A DNA stretch of 64,000 bases from positions 75,274 to 139,273 of IMG/VR virus record IMGVR_UViG_3300042731_009106. The stretch is one strand, 5' to 3'. This DNA is from a virus. The notes under the pieces were generated by a model. The model was not told the DNA's origin, made no database searches, and saw only the letters and a list, made by a program, of their open reading frames with translations. Made by a program: the position numbers and the translations under genes. Below, one piece after another: positions 17,459 through 25,823 of this stretch (its first letter is position 1; each line of letters starts with the position of its first letter).

Positions 17459-17912
17459 AACTCTATTTTCAGAATTAGCTGAATCCAAAGGTTACAAGAT
17501 TCTTGAGCCTAGTTTTTCTGAAAAGAAGGCTAATATAGATTTAAAACTCGAAGGTCATATTGGTGGCAAAAAAACAATTGTTTCCATCGACATTAAAAAA
17601 AGTAACCAACACTCAAATCAATGGGTCTACATAGAATTTGACAATTCCAAAGGCGGTAAAGGATGGATTTATGGAAAATGTCAATTTGTTGTTTTTGAAA
17701 CAAAGAAAAGCTTTATTTTTGTTCCACGAAAAAAACTTCTCACTTGGTTAACTTCCTCTCAAACTATTCGTTTTGACTTGCCTTATGTTGATAAGCCTTG
17801 GAATTCTAAATATAGATTATTTCGCAGAAAAAATACACTTGAAACTATCACGCAAATTAAAGTAAGTGACTTACTAAGCATCGAGGGTCATCAAGTATGG
17901 CAGAAGCTTTAA
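17409..17912 (+). CDS. PD-(D/E)XK nuclease-like protein (probable start 17433)
   Basis: IDLK...SIDIKK...WVYIEF...GWIYG pattern. Confidence 0.55.
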   Translation: MHYMTNPPMPNRQTKYKTLFSELAESKGYKILEPSFSEKKANIDLKLEGHIGGKKTIVSIDIKKSNQHSNQWVYIEFDNSKGGKGWIYGKCQFVVFETKKSFIFVPRKKLLTWLTSSQTIRFDLPYVDKPWNSKYRLFRRKNTLETITQIKVSDLLSIEGHQVWQKL

Positions 17913-18051
17913 AAATAATATTTGAAAATTTTTGGACTTTTTCTGGTACTCTAGTTATAATATTAGTAATTGGACATTCATTAGCTTTACCTTTTTATTG
18001 GTACTATAAAATTAAACAAAATAAATTAAATAAATCTATCTGGAATCATCA

Positions 18052-18201
18052 ATGAAACCTAATAATTCTTGCAGTAAAGGCAAATGCCCAGCTCCAAAAA
18101 TTCAAAACAAACATCGCAATGGAAAAGGTGACAAGCCTCGCCCATTCGAAAAAAAACAGTATGATAAAAACTATGAATCAATTAATTGGAAAAAAAGATA
18201 A
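18052..18201 (+). CDS. small basic phage protein (49 aa; not in the ORF track)
   Basis: Translated by hand: MKPNNSCSKGKCPAPKIQNKHRNGKGDKPRPFEKKQYDKNYESINWKKR*. It overlaps the 5' part of ORF 18119..18379, whose true start is probably further downstream. Confidence 0.5.
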   Translation: MKPNNSCSKGKCPAPKIQNKHRNGKGDKPRPFEKKQYDKNYESINWKKR

Positions 18202-18409
18202 GCAAACATTTTATGTAGTCACTCGCAACGGTCGTAGAGCTTGGCCTAAAGACTACTGGACTATTCAAGAAGCTCAAAATCATGCCCAAAAACTTATTCA
18301 AAGTTTAAAAAATTATAAAGATCCAGATTACAAAAAAGTAGTAATCATGGAAACAGAAGATCCAGAATCTATTACTTAATACTTGACAATATAATTTCTA
18401 TATAGTATA

Positions 18410-18838
18410 ATGGCTTCACAATCTAAATTAGATGAAGCTTATCTTAAAATCTGTAATACATGGTCTCAACTTTCCCATGCTAGACGTAAGAAAGTTGGAT
18501 GTATAATAGTAAAAGATGGAGCAATTATATCTGATGGATACAATGGCACACCGAAAGGGTTTGACAATGATTGTGAAATAACATATAATGGAAAACTTAA
18601 AACAAAAGATGAAGTCTTACATGCTGAAAGTAATGCTATTACAAAACTCGCCAAGTCTACGCAGACTAGCATTGGGGCGACAATGTATATTACAATTTCA
18701 CCTTGTGTAGAATGCTCAAAACTAATTATTCAATCAGGAATATCTAGAGTGGTATACAAAGACTTTTATCGTGACGATAGAGGAATCCAATTATTAAAAC
18801 AAGCTAATATAGAAGTACAAAAATATGAATACAGATAA
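18410..18838 (+). CDS. dCMP deaminase
   Basis: KVGC...GYNG, HAESNAI, SPCVECSK zinc motifs. Confidence 0.92.
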   Translation: MASQSKLDEAYLKICNTWSQLSHARRKKVGCIIVKDGAIISDGYNGTPKGFDNDCEITYNGKLKTKDEVLHAESNAITKLAKSTQTSIGATMYITISPCVECSKLIIQSGISRVVYKDFYRDDRGIQLLKQANIEVQKYEYR

Positions 18839-19040
18839 ACTAACATCAGTTATTAATTATACATTAAATAAATTTTGCCCAATAGTGGTAATTACATTTC
18901 TTGCCTTCCTCAAGATGGGTTTTGAAACTTGGGAGCCATATGTAATAGTAGGACTTGTTCTTTTTGCTATGAATTTTCACTACAAAGTAGGATACAGTGT
19001 TGCAATTTGTGAAGAAAGGGGGCTACTAGATGATGAGTAA
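18825..19040 (+). CDS. small membrane protein
   Basis: Two hydrophobic segments in 71 aa. Confidence 0.55.
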   Translation: MNTDKLTSVINYTLNKFCPIVVITFLAFLKMGFETWEPYVIVGLVLFAMNFHYKVGYSVAICEERGLLDDE

Positions 19041-19284
19041 TTTATCATTTGCGAAGAAGATAAAATCAAAGCTTAGTTGTTTATTTTGTAAAAGATATTA
19101 TATTGTTTACAAAAATTCGAATGGCAAAATAAAAACATACCAAGTTGGAAACATAAATCTTTTCAATTCTTTTGGTAATAAATCATCCAACAGAGATAAT
19201 GTTGGATTCAAAGCTTATTGTTTTGGTAGGCAAGAGGTTAGATCATTTAGGCATGATCGTATTATCTCAATTACAAAAAAATAA
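19030..19284 (+). CDS. stand-alone WYL-domain protein
   Basis: IVYKNSNG and AYCFGRQEVRSFRHDRIISI match the WYL signature. Confidence 0.65.
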   Translation: MMSNLSFAKKIKSKLSCLFCKRYYIVYKNSNGKIKTYQVGNINLFNSFGNKSSNRDNVGFKAYCFGRQEVRSFRHDRIISITKK

Positions 19285-19287
19285 ATT

Positions 19288-19824
19288 TTGTATTTTTTAT
19301 TTGAAATTGCCCTCATTGGGTGTATAATATATCTCAGTTATACAATATTTTTATTAAAGAAAAACCAACTTAACGCCGATTCATTAGAAAAAGAAAACGA
19401 ATTCCTAAAGAATCAATTTAACCAATCTCAAGAATATCTCAGTAAACAGCAAAAATCTATAGAAGATTATCGCCAAGAATTAGAATATAAAGAAAAACTC
19501 CTAATTGAAACTAATCAAACTTTAGAACAAAAACTTGCTGAAGAGACTGACAAACTTAAAAAACTAACACATCAAAAAAAGAGTAGCGAAGTCCGCCTTG
19601 GTCATATTGCGGAAACCTTAGCTCCCTTTTTAGATCAGTTTGATTTTGAACCCGAACAGTGTAGCTTCCTTGGTCAACCAATTGACTATATTTCATTTGG
19701 AGACGATGTCGTTACCTTTATCGAAGTAAAGAGCGGTAAGAGTCAATTAAACTCAAAACAACGACATATTAGAGATTTAGTCAAGAACAACTGTGTGGAA
19801 TGGAAAGAAATTAGAATACAGTAA
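19288..19824 (+). CDS. membrane-anchored Holliday-junction-resolvase-like endonuclease (PF10107-like)
   Basis: N-terminal TM helix and coiled coil, then SSEVRLGHIAETLAPF...FLGQPIDYI...FIEVKSG. Confidence 0.8.
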   Translation: MYFLFEIALIGCIIYLSYTIFLLKKNQLNADSLEKENEFLKNQFNQSQEYLSKQQKSIEDYRQELEYKEKLLIETNQTLEQKLAEETDKLKKLTHQKKSSEVRLGHIAETLAPFLDQFDFEPEQCSFLGQPIDYISFGDDVVTFIEVKSGKSQLNSKQRHIRDLVKNNCVEWKEIRIQ

Positions 19825-19844
19825 ATTTTAACCCATAAATTATT

Positions 19845-20489
19845 ATGAAACTAAAACTAACATCATTATTAGTAGCCCTTGGGCTCCTTACTAACGCCGC
19901 ATTTGCGGGAAATTCAGCTAAAATCGGATACGCTTCTGACTTCTTTTATAGAGGAGCTCAAAAGTCTCTAGAGTCTGTTCAAGCAGCGCTTGATTTAGAG
20001 TCTTCAGTTCTTGGTCTTAATGGCAGCCTACATGCATGCACTAATCAATCAGTTGATGAAGGTGTTGACAGCTATCGTTTTGCTGCTGGCTTAGGTGCTT
20101 CTTTGGGAGATTTGCTTGCCGTTTATGGCGGATTTAATCATTTTGAAGATGTTGCTGGTGAAGCTTTATCTGAAATTGAGTTGAGAGCATCTGTTGATAT
20201 GCTTGGTAATCCAAGTGTTTCAGCGTATCGTGATTTAGATGATGATCTATACACATTTGAAGGCTCTTTGTCTCATTCAATTAATGTGTCAATTGCTGAT
20301 CTTGAAGTTCGTGGTTCTTTAGGCAATACAGATGTTACTGCTTCCAATAATCGCACTTACTACTCTGTTGGTGCTGGTTTAAGTAGAGCTCTTGGCGGAG
20401 CTACTGTTGGAGCTTCTGTAGATCTTGTGGATTCTGACGACATCGAGCGTGAGTTTGTGTTTGGCACAGCTCTTACTTTTAATTTCTAA
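19845..20489 (+). CDS. putative outer-membrane beta-barrel/porin (TorF/TIGR02001-like)
   Basis: Signal peptide ending AAFA, GYASDFFYRG motif, alternating hydrophobic strands, C-terminal Phe (FGTALTFNF). Confidence 0.7.
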   Translation: MKLKLTSLLVALGLLTNAAFAGNSAKIGYASDFFYRGAQKSLESVQAALDLESSVLGLNGSLHACTNQSVDEGVDSYRFAAGLGASLGDLLAVYGGFNHFEDVAGEALSEIELRASVDMLGNPSVSAYRDLDDDLYTFEGSLSHSINVSIADLEVRGSLGNTDVTASNNRTYYSVGAGLSRALGGATVGASVDLVDSDDIEREFVFGTALTFNF

Positions 20490-20512
20490 TTTTAATCTAA
20501 AATAGATATAAT

Positions 20513-20752
20513 ATGAAAGAAACACTAAAAACAATCAGTGGAGCAGTAAAAGGTATTGCTGCTACATTACTTAGCGTTCTTGGCCTACTAGTAGTAGTTC
20601 AAGCTGTATTCGGAGCTTCTGCTCCTGTCAATGTCATCGGCAACCTCCAAGGTCTTCTTGGTGGATTTGTCGGAGCGGGTGCTAATTTCACTTCTTTTGT
20701 GACTTTAGTATTGGTGGTTGCTCTTGTAGTTAAGCTTACTGACAAAGATTAA
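20513..20752 (+). CDS. small two-helix membrane protein
   Basis: Hydrophobic G/A/V/L-rich 79 aa (NVIGNLQGLL); co-oriented with the porin gene. Confidence 0.7.
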   Translation: MKETLKTISGAVKGIAATLLSVLGLLVVVQAVFGASAPVNVIGNLQGLLGGFVGAGANFTSFVTLVLVVALVVKLTDKD

Positions 20753-20779
20753 TTACATTATGCTCGGTCAAGATTTTTC

Positions 20780-20827
20780 TTGACTTTATTAAGGGGAGCG
20801 GCTATAATAGCCGTTCCTCTTTTTTTT
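20780..20827 (+). terminator. intrinsic terminator hairpin superimposed on a sigma70 promoter
   Basis: Arms 20791-20804 and 20808-20821 (14 bp with G:U pairs), then a T-run to 20827. TTGACT (20780), N17, TATAAT (20803-08) with the -10 in the hairpin apex. Confidence 0.75.
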
Positions 20828-21886
20828 ATGAAAGTATTATCTTTATTTGCTAATGTTGGGCTTGGAGAATTTTATTTCAAGTCTGCTGGTTTTAATGTGG
20901 TTGTAGCTAACGAACTACTTAGTGATCGTGTAGAGTTTTACAAAAAACTATACCCAGACACTAATAAAGTCATTGGTGGAGATATAGCCAAAGATTCAAT
21001 CAGAGATCAAATTGTAGACGCTTGCAATGAATTTGGTCCAATAGATTTAGTTATCGCTACCCCACCTTGTCAGGGTATGAGTGTAGCCAATGCTCTCAAA
21101 AAGCCTGACGATGACAGGAATAAGCTGGTAGTCTATGCTCTTGATATTTTTGATAGGATAGGAGCGAAGTATATGTTGATTGAAAATGTGCCACAGATGG
21201 CCAAAACTTTTATCAATCACAAAGGCTCAGCAGTAAACATTATTGATTACATTAATCAATCCATACCATCAAATTATAAATGCATATGCAAAACATTGAA
21301 TGCTAAACATTTAGGCTCACCTCAATCCAGAAGACGCTCGATATCATTAATTTCACCTAATGGTTCTTGGTCTCACCCCGAAGAAAATCAAAAAATTAAA
21401 TCCTTGAGAGATGCGATTGGACATTTACCATCACTATCGAATGGAGAGCATTCTAATTTACCTTGGCATTTTGCATCTAACCACAACCCCAATCATGTGA
21501 AATGGATGTCTGCCACACCAGAAGGTGAAACTGCATTCAATAACAAGATAGATTATCCACAAAAAGATGGCCGCAAAATCAAAGGTTTCATGACAACATA
21601 TAAGCGGATGTTCTGGGATCAGCCAGCACCAACAGTAACAATGGCTAATGGCTCTATTTCTAGTCAAAATAATGTTCACCCGAAAGATCCCAGAGTCTTA
21701 ACTATTCGAGAATTGCTCTGTGTTTGTGGGTTGCCAGAAAATGCATTTGATAAATTCGCAAACTTACAAACTGATGGAACATACAAGTATGACTATAGTC
21801 CCAACTTCATCCGCAAAGTAATTGGTGAATTATTTCTACCAAGAATGTCGCTATCTATACTAAATAATTTAAATGAAACAAACTAA
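20828..21886 (+). CDS. C5-cytosine DNA methyltransferase
   Basis: Motif I LSLFANVG, motif IV TPPCQG, motif VI IENV, motif VIII QSRRR, motif X LTIRE. The track's TTG start at 20780 is the -35 box. Confidence 0.9.
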   Translation: MKVLSLFANVGLGEFYFKSAGFNVVVANELLSDRVEFYKKLYPDTNKVIGGDIAKDSIRDQIVDACNEFGPIDLVIATPPCQGMSVANALKKPDDDRNKLVVYALDIFDRIGAKYMLIENVPQMAKTFINHKGSAVNIIDYINQSIPSNYKCICKTLNAKHLGSPQSRRRSISLISPNGSWSHPEENQKIKSLRDAIGHLPSLSNGEHSNLPWHFASNHNPNHVKWMSATPEGETAFNNKIDYPQKDGRKIKGFMTTYKRMFWDQPAPTVTMANGSISSQNNVHPKDPRVLTIRELLCVCGLPENAFDKFANLQTDGTYKYDYSPNFIRKVIGELFLPRMSLSILNNLNETN

Positions 21887-22532
21887 TTTCAGGGAAGCTC
21901 AACTTTTTGTTGAAGAATCTAGAAAACTAGATCAAGAATCTCTTAGTGGTCCGGGTAGTTCGGTCGTTAATGCTAGTGAGGTTACTAATTTAATCAAAGA
22001 AACAATCAAACAATACAATATTAAATCTATTTTAGATTTAGGTTGTGGTGACTGGAATTGGTTTCAACATATTGAATTAAAAGACATAGAGTATCAAGGA
22101 TGGGATGCTGACATGGATATGATTATACAAAATCAATTCAATCATGGGGAAAGTAATATAAATTTCTATGTTAACGATATAGTGCAAGATAATTACCCAG
22201 ATGTTGATTTGATTATTTGCAGGGATGTTTTATTTCATATGCCAATGTCTCTAGCTAATCACATCATTTCAAAAGCTAAATCAGCTTGTAAATACTTTAT
22301 ATCTACTAGTTTTCGTGATGTCGATGTTAATACAGGTATACCTAATGGATTAAACTGGGGATATTATTCTATTAATTTAAATAAAAATCCTTTTAATTTA
22401 TTTGACAACGAAATTAAATTCCAAAGAGAAATGCTTGGAGCTTCTCGTGACGGAATTACTCTATCCCCTAAAAGATATATCTGTCTTTATGATTTTTTTA
22501 ATTTTCAAAAAAAATTTTCGGAGCAAAATTGA
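21873..22532 (+). CDS. class I SAM-dependent methyltransferase
   Basis: SGPGS, ILDLGCGDWNW, DLIICRDVLFH. Confidence 0.85.
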   Translation: MKQTNFREAQLFVEESRKLDQESLSGPGSSVVNASEVTNLIKETIKQYNIKSILDLGCGDWNWFQHIELKDIEYQGWDADMDMIIQNQFNHGESNINFYVNDIVQDNYPDVDLIICRDVLFHMPMSLANHIISKAKSACKYFISTSFRDVDVNTGIPNGLNWGYYSINLNKNPFNLFDNEIKFQREMLGASRDGITLSPKRYICLYDFFNFQKKFSEQN

Positions 22533-22552
22533 ATCATAGTGGACGATATACA
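22506..22552. repeat. 47-bp imperfect direct repeat, copy 1
   Basis: CAAAAAAAATTTTCGGAGCAAAATTGAATCATAGTGGACGATATACA; 41/47 identical to 23411-23457. Confidence 0.85.
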
Positions 22553-22588
22553 TTCTAGAAAAAATAATTTTTAAGCATATAATAATAT

Positions 22589-22807
22589 ATGTCAGAAGAA
22601 GATGATTTATATATTAGTGGCCCAAAGGACTACGATGAACAAACCGATTCCTTTAGAATGGATTTAGAAAATCTTATATATAGATATATAGATGAATATG
22701 ATATAAACACCATTACAATGATAGGCGCTCTCCAAGAAAAGATAATTGAACTATCTAATGAAGGTAATATAGAATTTGAAGATGATATAGAATTTGAAGA
22801 AGAATAA
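22589..22807 (+). CDS. small, very acidic protein
   Basis: 72 aa; ends in a tandem duplication IEFEDD IEFEEE. Confidence 0.65.
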   Translation: MSEEDDLYISGPKDYDEQTDSFRMDLENLIYRYIDEYDINTITMIGALQEKIIELSNEGNIEFEDDIEFEEE

Positions 22808-22819
22808 AATATAATAACT

Positions 22820-23407
22820 ATGGCTCAATTAATAGGAATATCAGGCTTTGCTCGTTCAGGCAAAGATACATTTTATCAACGCAGTGCAACACTTCTTGAA
22901 AAAGAGGGAAAAAAATGCAGAAGATTTGCTTTTGCAGATGCCTTGAAAGAAGAGGTTGACGAATTACTCCTCAAATACACGGGTATTTCTGCTTTCACAG
23001 AAGAAAACAAAAATAAAGAAATTATCAGGCCTTTGCTGGTTACATATGGTACTGAAATTCGTAGAAAATTAAATGAAAACTGCTGGATAGAGAAAATTCA
23101 AGATAGAGTAGTCGAAAGTTTAAATAATAACGAATATGTTTTTATCACAGATGTTAGATTCAAAAATGAAGCTGAATGGATTAGAATTAATGGCGGTCTT
23201 CTAGTTAATGTTGCTCGCGCAGGAATTTCACCAGCCAATCATGAAGAACATAAACAATTACACCTCATGAAGCGCTTCATTACTCATAATGCTTTTTGGG
23301 AAACTTACGGAGACGATCATCTAGATAAATGTGATGATCATGTTCTTCCAATTTTAGCTCACATTTTACAAATGGCTCCTCGCCCACAAATTGAGCAAGT
23401 TTTGTAA
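22820..23407 (+). CDS. deoxynucleoside monophosphate kinase (T4 gp1-like)
   Basis: LIGISGFARSGKDT, FAFADALK, VFITDVRFKNE. Confidence 0.85.
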   Translation: MAQLIGISGFARSGKDTFYQRSATLLEKEGKKCRRFAFADALKEEVDELLLKYTGISAFTEENKNKEIIRPLLVTYGTEIRRKLNENCWIEKIQDRVVESLNNNEYVFITDVRFKNEAEWIRINGGLLVNVARAGISPANHEEHKQLHLMKRFITHNAFWETYGDDHLDKCDDHVLPILAHILQMAPRPQIEQVL

Positions 23408-23410
23408 TTG

Positions 23411-23457
23411 CAAAAAAAATTTTCGGAGAAAAATTTAACTCTAGTGGACGATAGACA
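23411..23457. repeat. 47-bp imperfect direct repeat, copy 2
   Basis: CAAAAAAAATTTTCGGAGAAAAATTTAACTCTAGTGGACGATAGACA. Confidence 0.85.
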
Positions 23458-23615
23458 AAAGAAATACGCCTCCAGCTCAAAGGGTAAAGAATCCCTAAAA
23501 AAAGCTAGAGACAAATATGACGAAGAGAATAAAGAAAAGCGTCGTCAACAAAAAAGAGATTATATGAGAAGAAAGAGGTCAGAAGACCCAAACTACTGTA
23601 AATGGAAATAATCTC

Positions 23616-23648
23616 TTGACTTTATACAGTATATAGGGTATACTGTAT
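23616..23648 (+). promoter_or_regulatory. sigma70 promoter with an overlapping 10-bp inverted repeat (candidate operator); leaderless
   Basis: TTGACT (23616), N17, TATACT (23639-44); ATACAGTATA-N5-TATACTGTAT at 23624-23648; predicted +1 is ATG 23651. Confidence 0.75.
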
Positions 23649-23650
23649 TC

Positions 23651-24517
23651 ATGAAAAAGTCACGTAGCATACAAGCCAAATTAAGAAAAGAAAAATTTTC
23701 ATTCGATCAATACTGGAGTGTTCAATTTACTGAGGTTTTTGCAAATCGCTCTGAAAAAGACTACAAAACCATCATTAAAGCTAGGTCTGCTGATTTAGCT
23801 AAAGAAATCTTACAATGTAAAATTAAAAAAGACAACCCAAAGCATAGAACTAAGGCTATTCAATTGTTCATGCTTAGACCTGACGGTCAAGTCAATGGTT
23901 ATTCCTTAACTACAAAAGACTGGAATCATATACATAGAGCAAGTTTTCCAAATGCTGCAAATGTACTTTTTAAATGTTATAAACCTCGCCCAGAAGGTTA
24001 TACGAATAGATTTAACAAGAAAGATGCAGCTCACTGCAATCGTTTTAAGAAAGGTGAAAAATACCGTTTCTATGTTCCACCTGATGAAGAAAAACCATAT
24101 TGGAAATGGGATGGCAAATGGAAACCTTGGCCAAAAAAAGAAAGAGAAAACCTAAAAGAGCAAATGATTTTAGCTCTATCTTTAAACAATAACTCTCGCA
24201 CTCTTGCTGCAAAATCGATGGGTTTAGGGCGAAGACATTTCTATAAACTTATGAATAAAAAGTTCGTAGAGATTGATTGGAGTAAGGAATATCCACCTCC
24301 TAAGCCAAAAATTAAAGAAGCTCGCATTGATCACGAGAAAAGAGTTAAAAACATGAAGGCAGCTCAACAACGTAGGAGTGAAGAGTATATTAAAAGCATA
24401 TACCCCAAATATAAAGAGCTACAAAAACAAGGCTTATTAAAAAGCCACATTAGACGAGCATTAGGTTGCAACCTTAACGTAATTAACAAATGCATTGAAT
24501 ATGATAAGCAAAGATGA
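23651..24517 (+). CDS. basic protein with an internal Fis-type HTH
   Basis: LALSLNNNSRTLAAKSMGLGRRHFYKLM fits the Fis/HTH_8 pattern; a second HTH-like segment at the C-terminus (SHIRRALGCNLNVINK). Confidence 0.5.
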   Translation: MKKSRSIQAKLRKEKFSFDQYWSVQFTEVFANRSEKDYKTIIKARSADLAKEILQCKIKKDNPKHRTKAIQLFMLRPDGQVNGYSLTTKDWNHIHRASFPNAANVLFKCYKPRPEGYTNRFNKKDAAHCNRFKKGEKYRFYVPPDEEKPYWKWDGKWKPWPKKERENLKEQMILALSLNNNSRTLAAKSMGLGRRHFYKLMNKKFVEIDWSKEYPPPKPKIKEARIDHEKRVKNMKAAQQRRSEEYIKSIYPKYKELQKQGLLKSHIRRALGCNLNVINKCIEYDKQR

Positions 24518-25187
24518 AATTATACAGTATCTTGGTGAATATCAAGATGATTTATTAAAAATTGTAGGAAAACACAGAAAACCTACTCATGCTCTTTCTG
24601 TAGAGGAGATTGTTTCTGAAGTTAATAACCATATTATTAGTAATCCAGAGATTTTTCTTAAAAGAGAAATTGATTCTCATACAGACTTCAAGAAGTTATC
24701 TTATAGTATTGCTAGAAACTTCATCGTATGGACAGCTGATGGCGCTAAGGCTAAGGACAAAAAATACAAGAACAAAAAGGTTGATTATGTAGTGAATGAT
24801 GACGAAGATGGTGAAATGACAGCCTTTGAGTATATTTGCTCTACAATGGGTGAGGAAGATCCAGAGTTCGCAAAACTTAACGAGTCTCAAAAATACAATA
24901 ATATTCTTGACTGGGTTTTAAATTATAGCCATTTTCTTTCTTACAGACAAAAGAATGTTATACCTTATATGCTAAAGGGCAACACTCTTGATGAAATTGC
25001 TCAAGCTCTCAATGTAACGCATCAAGCTGTTTCCCACATTATGAGGGATGCTTTTGAGAAAATCAAGCAATATGTAAAAACAGATATAAATGTTGACTCT
25101 GAACAAAGAGTAATTAGGCAAGGCAGATCTTCTATCAATTATTTATTTGGAGAAAAGCGAAAAAAAGAAAGATCTATCAACAAGTAA
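24495..25187 (+). CDS. sigma70-family sigma factor
   Basis: Region-2-like FKKLSYSIARN; region-4 HTH LSYRQKNV..TLDEIAQALNVTHQAVSH. Confidence 0.7.
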   Translation: MNMISKDEIIQYLGEYQDDLLKIVGKHRKPTHALSVEEIVSEVNNHIISNPEIFLKREIDSHTDFKKLSYSIARNFIVWTADGAKAKDKKYKNKKVDYVVNDDEDGEMTAFEYICSTMGEEDPEFAKLNESQKYNNILDWVLNYSHFLSYRQKNVIPYMLKGNTLDEIAQALNVTHQAVSHIMRDAFEKIKQYVKTDINVDSEQRVIRQGRSSINYLFGEKRKKERSINK

Positions 25188-25202
25188 TGTGTAACATATT
25201 AT

Positions 25203-25418
25203 GTGAAAGTTTTTTCTATTGAATTTGGACTATTAGCTTGTGCATTATATCTTTGCTGGTTTATGTACAAACAATCTGAAGAAATCAACTATTTAGAAGA
25301 AACAATTCATATACAAAATGAAGCTATATACCAACAAAACTTTTTAATTAACTTGCAAAATTCTGTAATTCAAAATTCTCAATACGAAGACCCCCTGAGT
25401 CCAATTATATACCAATGA
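25203..25418 (+). CDS. small membrane-anchored protein
   Basis: N-terminal hydrophobic helix; GTGTA motif 9 nt upstream. Confidence 0.55.
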   Translation: MKVFSIEFGLLACALYLCWFMYKQSEEINYLEETIHIQNEAIYQQNFLINLQNSVIQNSQYEDPLSPIIYQ

Positions 25419-25789
25419 AAACTTTTCGTGAATATTTAGTATCAACGCCCTATAAAACTATTTTTAATGAGATTTACAAGCTTTATTTAAAAGATAAATT
25501 TGATGATAAATTTATTACTGAACATGACCTCTCTGTCTCTTCTTATGTTGAATACTTGAAAGGTTTACCGCCCAAGTTAGATATTTCTCATGAAATTCAT
25601 ATAGTAGAACAAGATGGACAGCCCTCAGTACATTGTGATCATGAATGTGAATGCGTGGGAGATCGAGATGGTTGCTCTGTTCTAGAAGATCCAGCAAAAG
25701 ATCACATGGACTTAAATATTAAAACTGATCTTGATATTTCTGATGCAAAAATTTGTGCATTAATAATAGAATATTTATCTGATAAATAA
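25415..25789 (+). CDS. hypothetical protein
   Basis: 124 aa, ATGA-coupled to the upstream ORF. Confidence 0.6.
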   Translation: MKTFREYLVSTPYKTIFNEIYKLYLKDKFDDKFITEHDLSVSSYVEYLKGLPPKLDISHEIHIVEQDGQPSVHCDHECECVGDRDGCSVLEDPAKDHMDLNIKTDLDISDAKICALIIEYLSDK

Positions 25790-25823
25790 TTAGATATTTA
25801 AGCTATAAATTTTAGTATTTATA

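Noticed and set aside
20780-20827. TTG start codons given by the ORF track at 20780, 60342 and 61746
   Set aside because: Each TTG is the first triplet of a -35 box; the downstream ATGs (20828, 60378, 61785) fit the protein motifs and promoter geometry.
22769-22807. 18-nt tandem duplication (IEFEDD IEFEEE)
   Set aside because: Two copies within a low-complexity acidic tail, consistent with ordinary slippage.
22506-23457. Direct repeats as a CRISPR array
   Set aside because: Only two copies, 858 nt apart with genes between them; no regular repeat-spacer array was seen anywhere in the window.
23624-23648. LexA/SOS box
   Set aside because: The half-sites are in ACAG...CTGT order, not CTGT-N8-ACAG.
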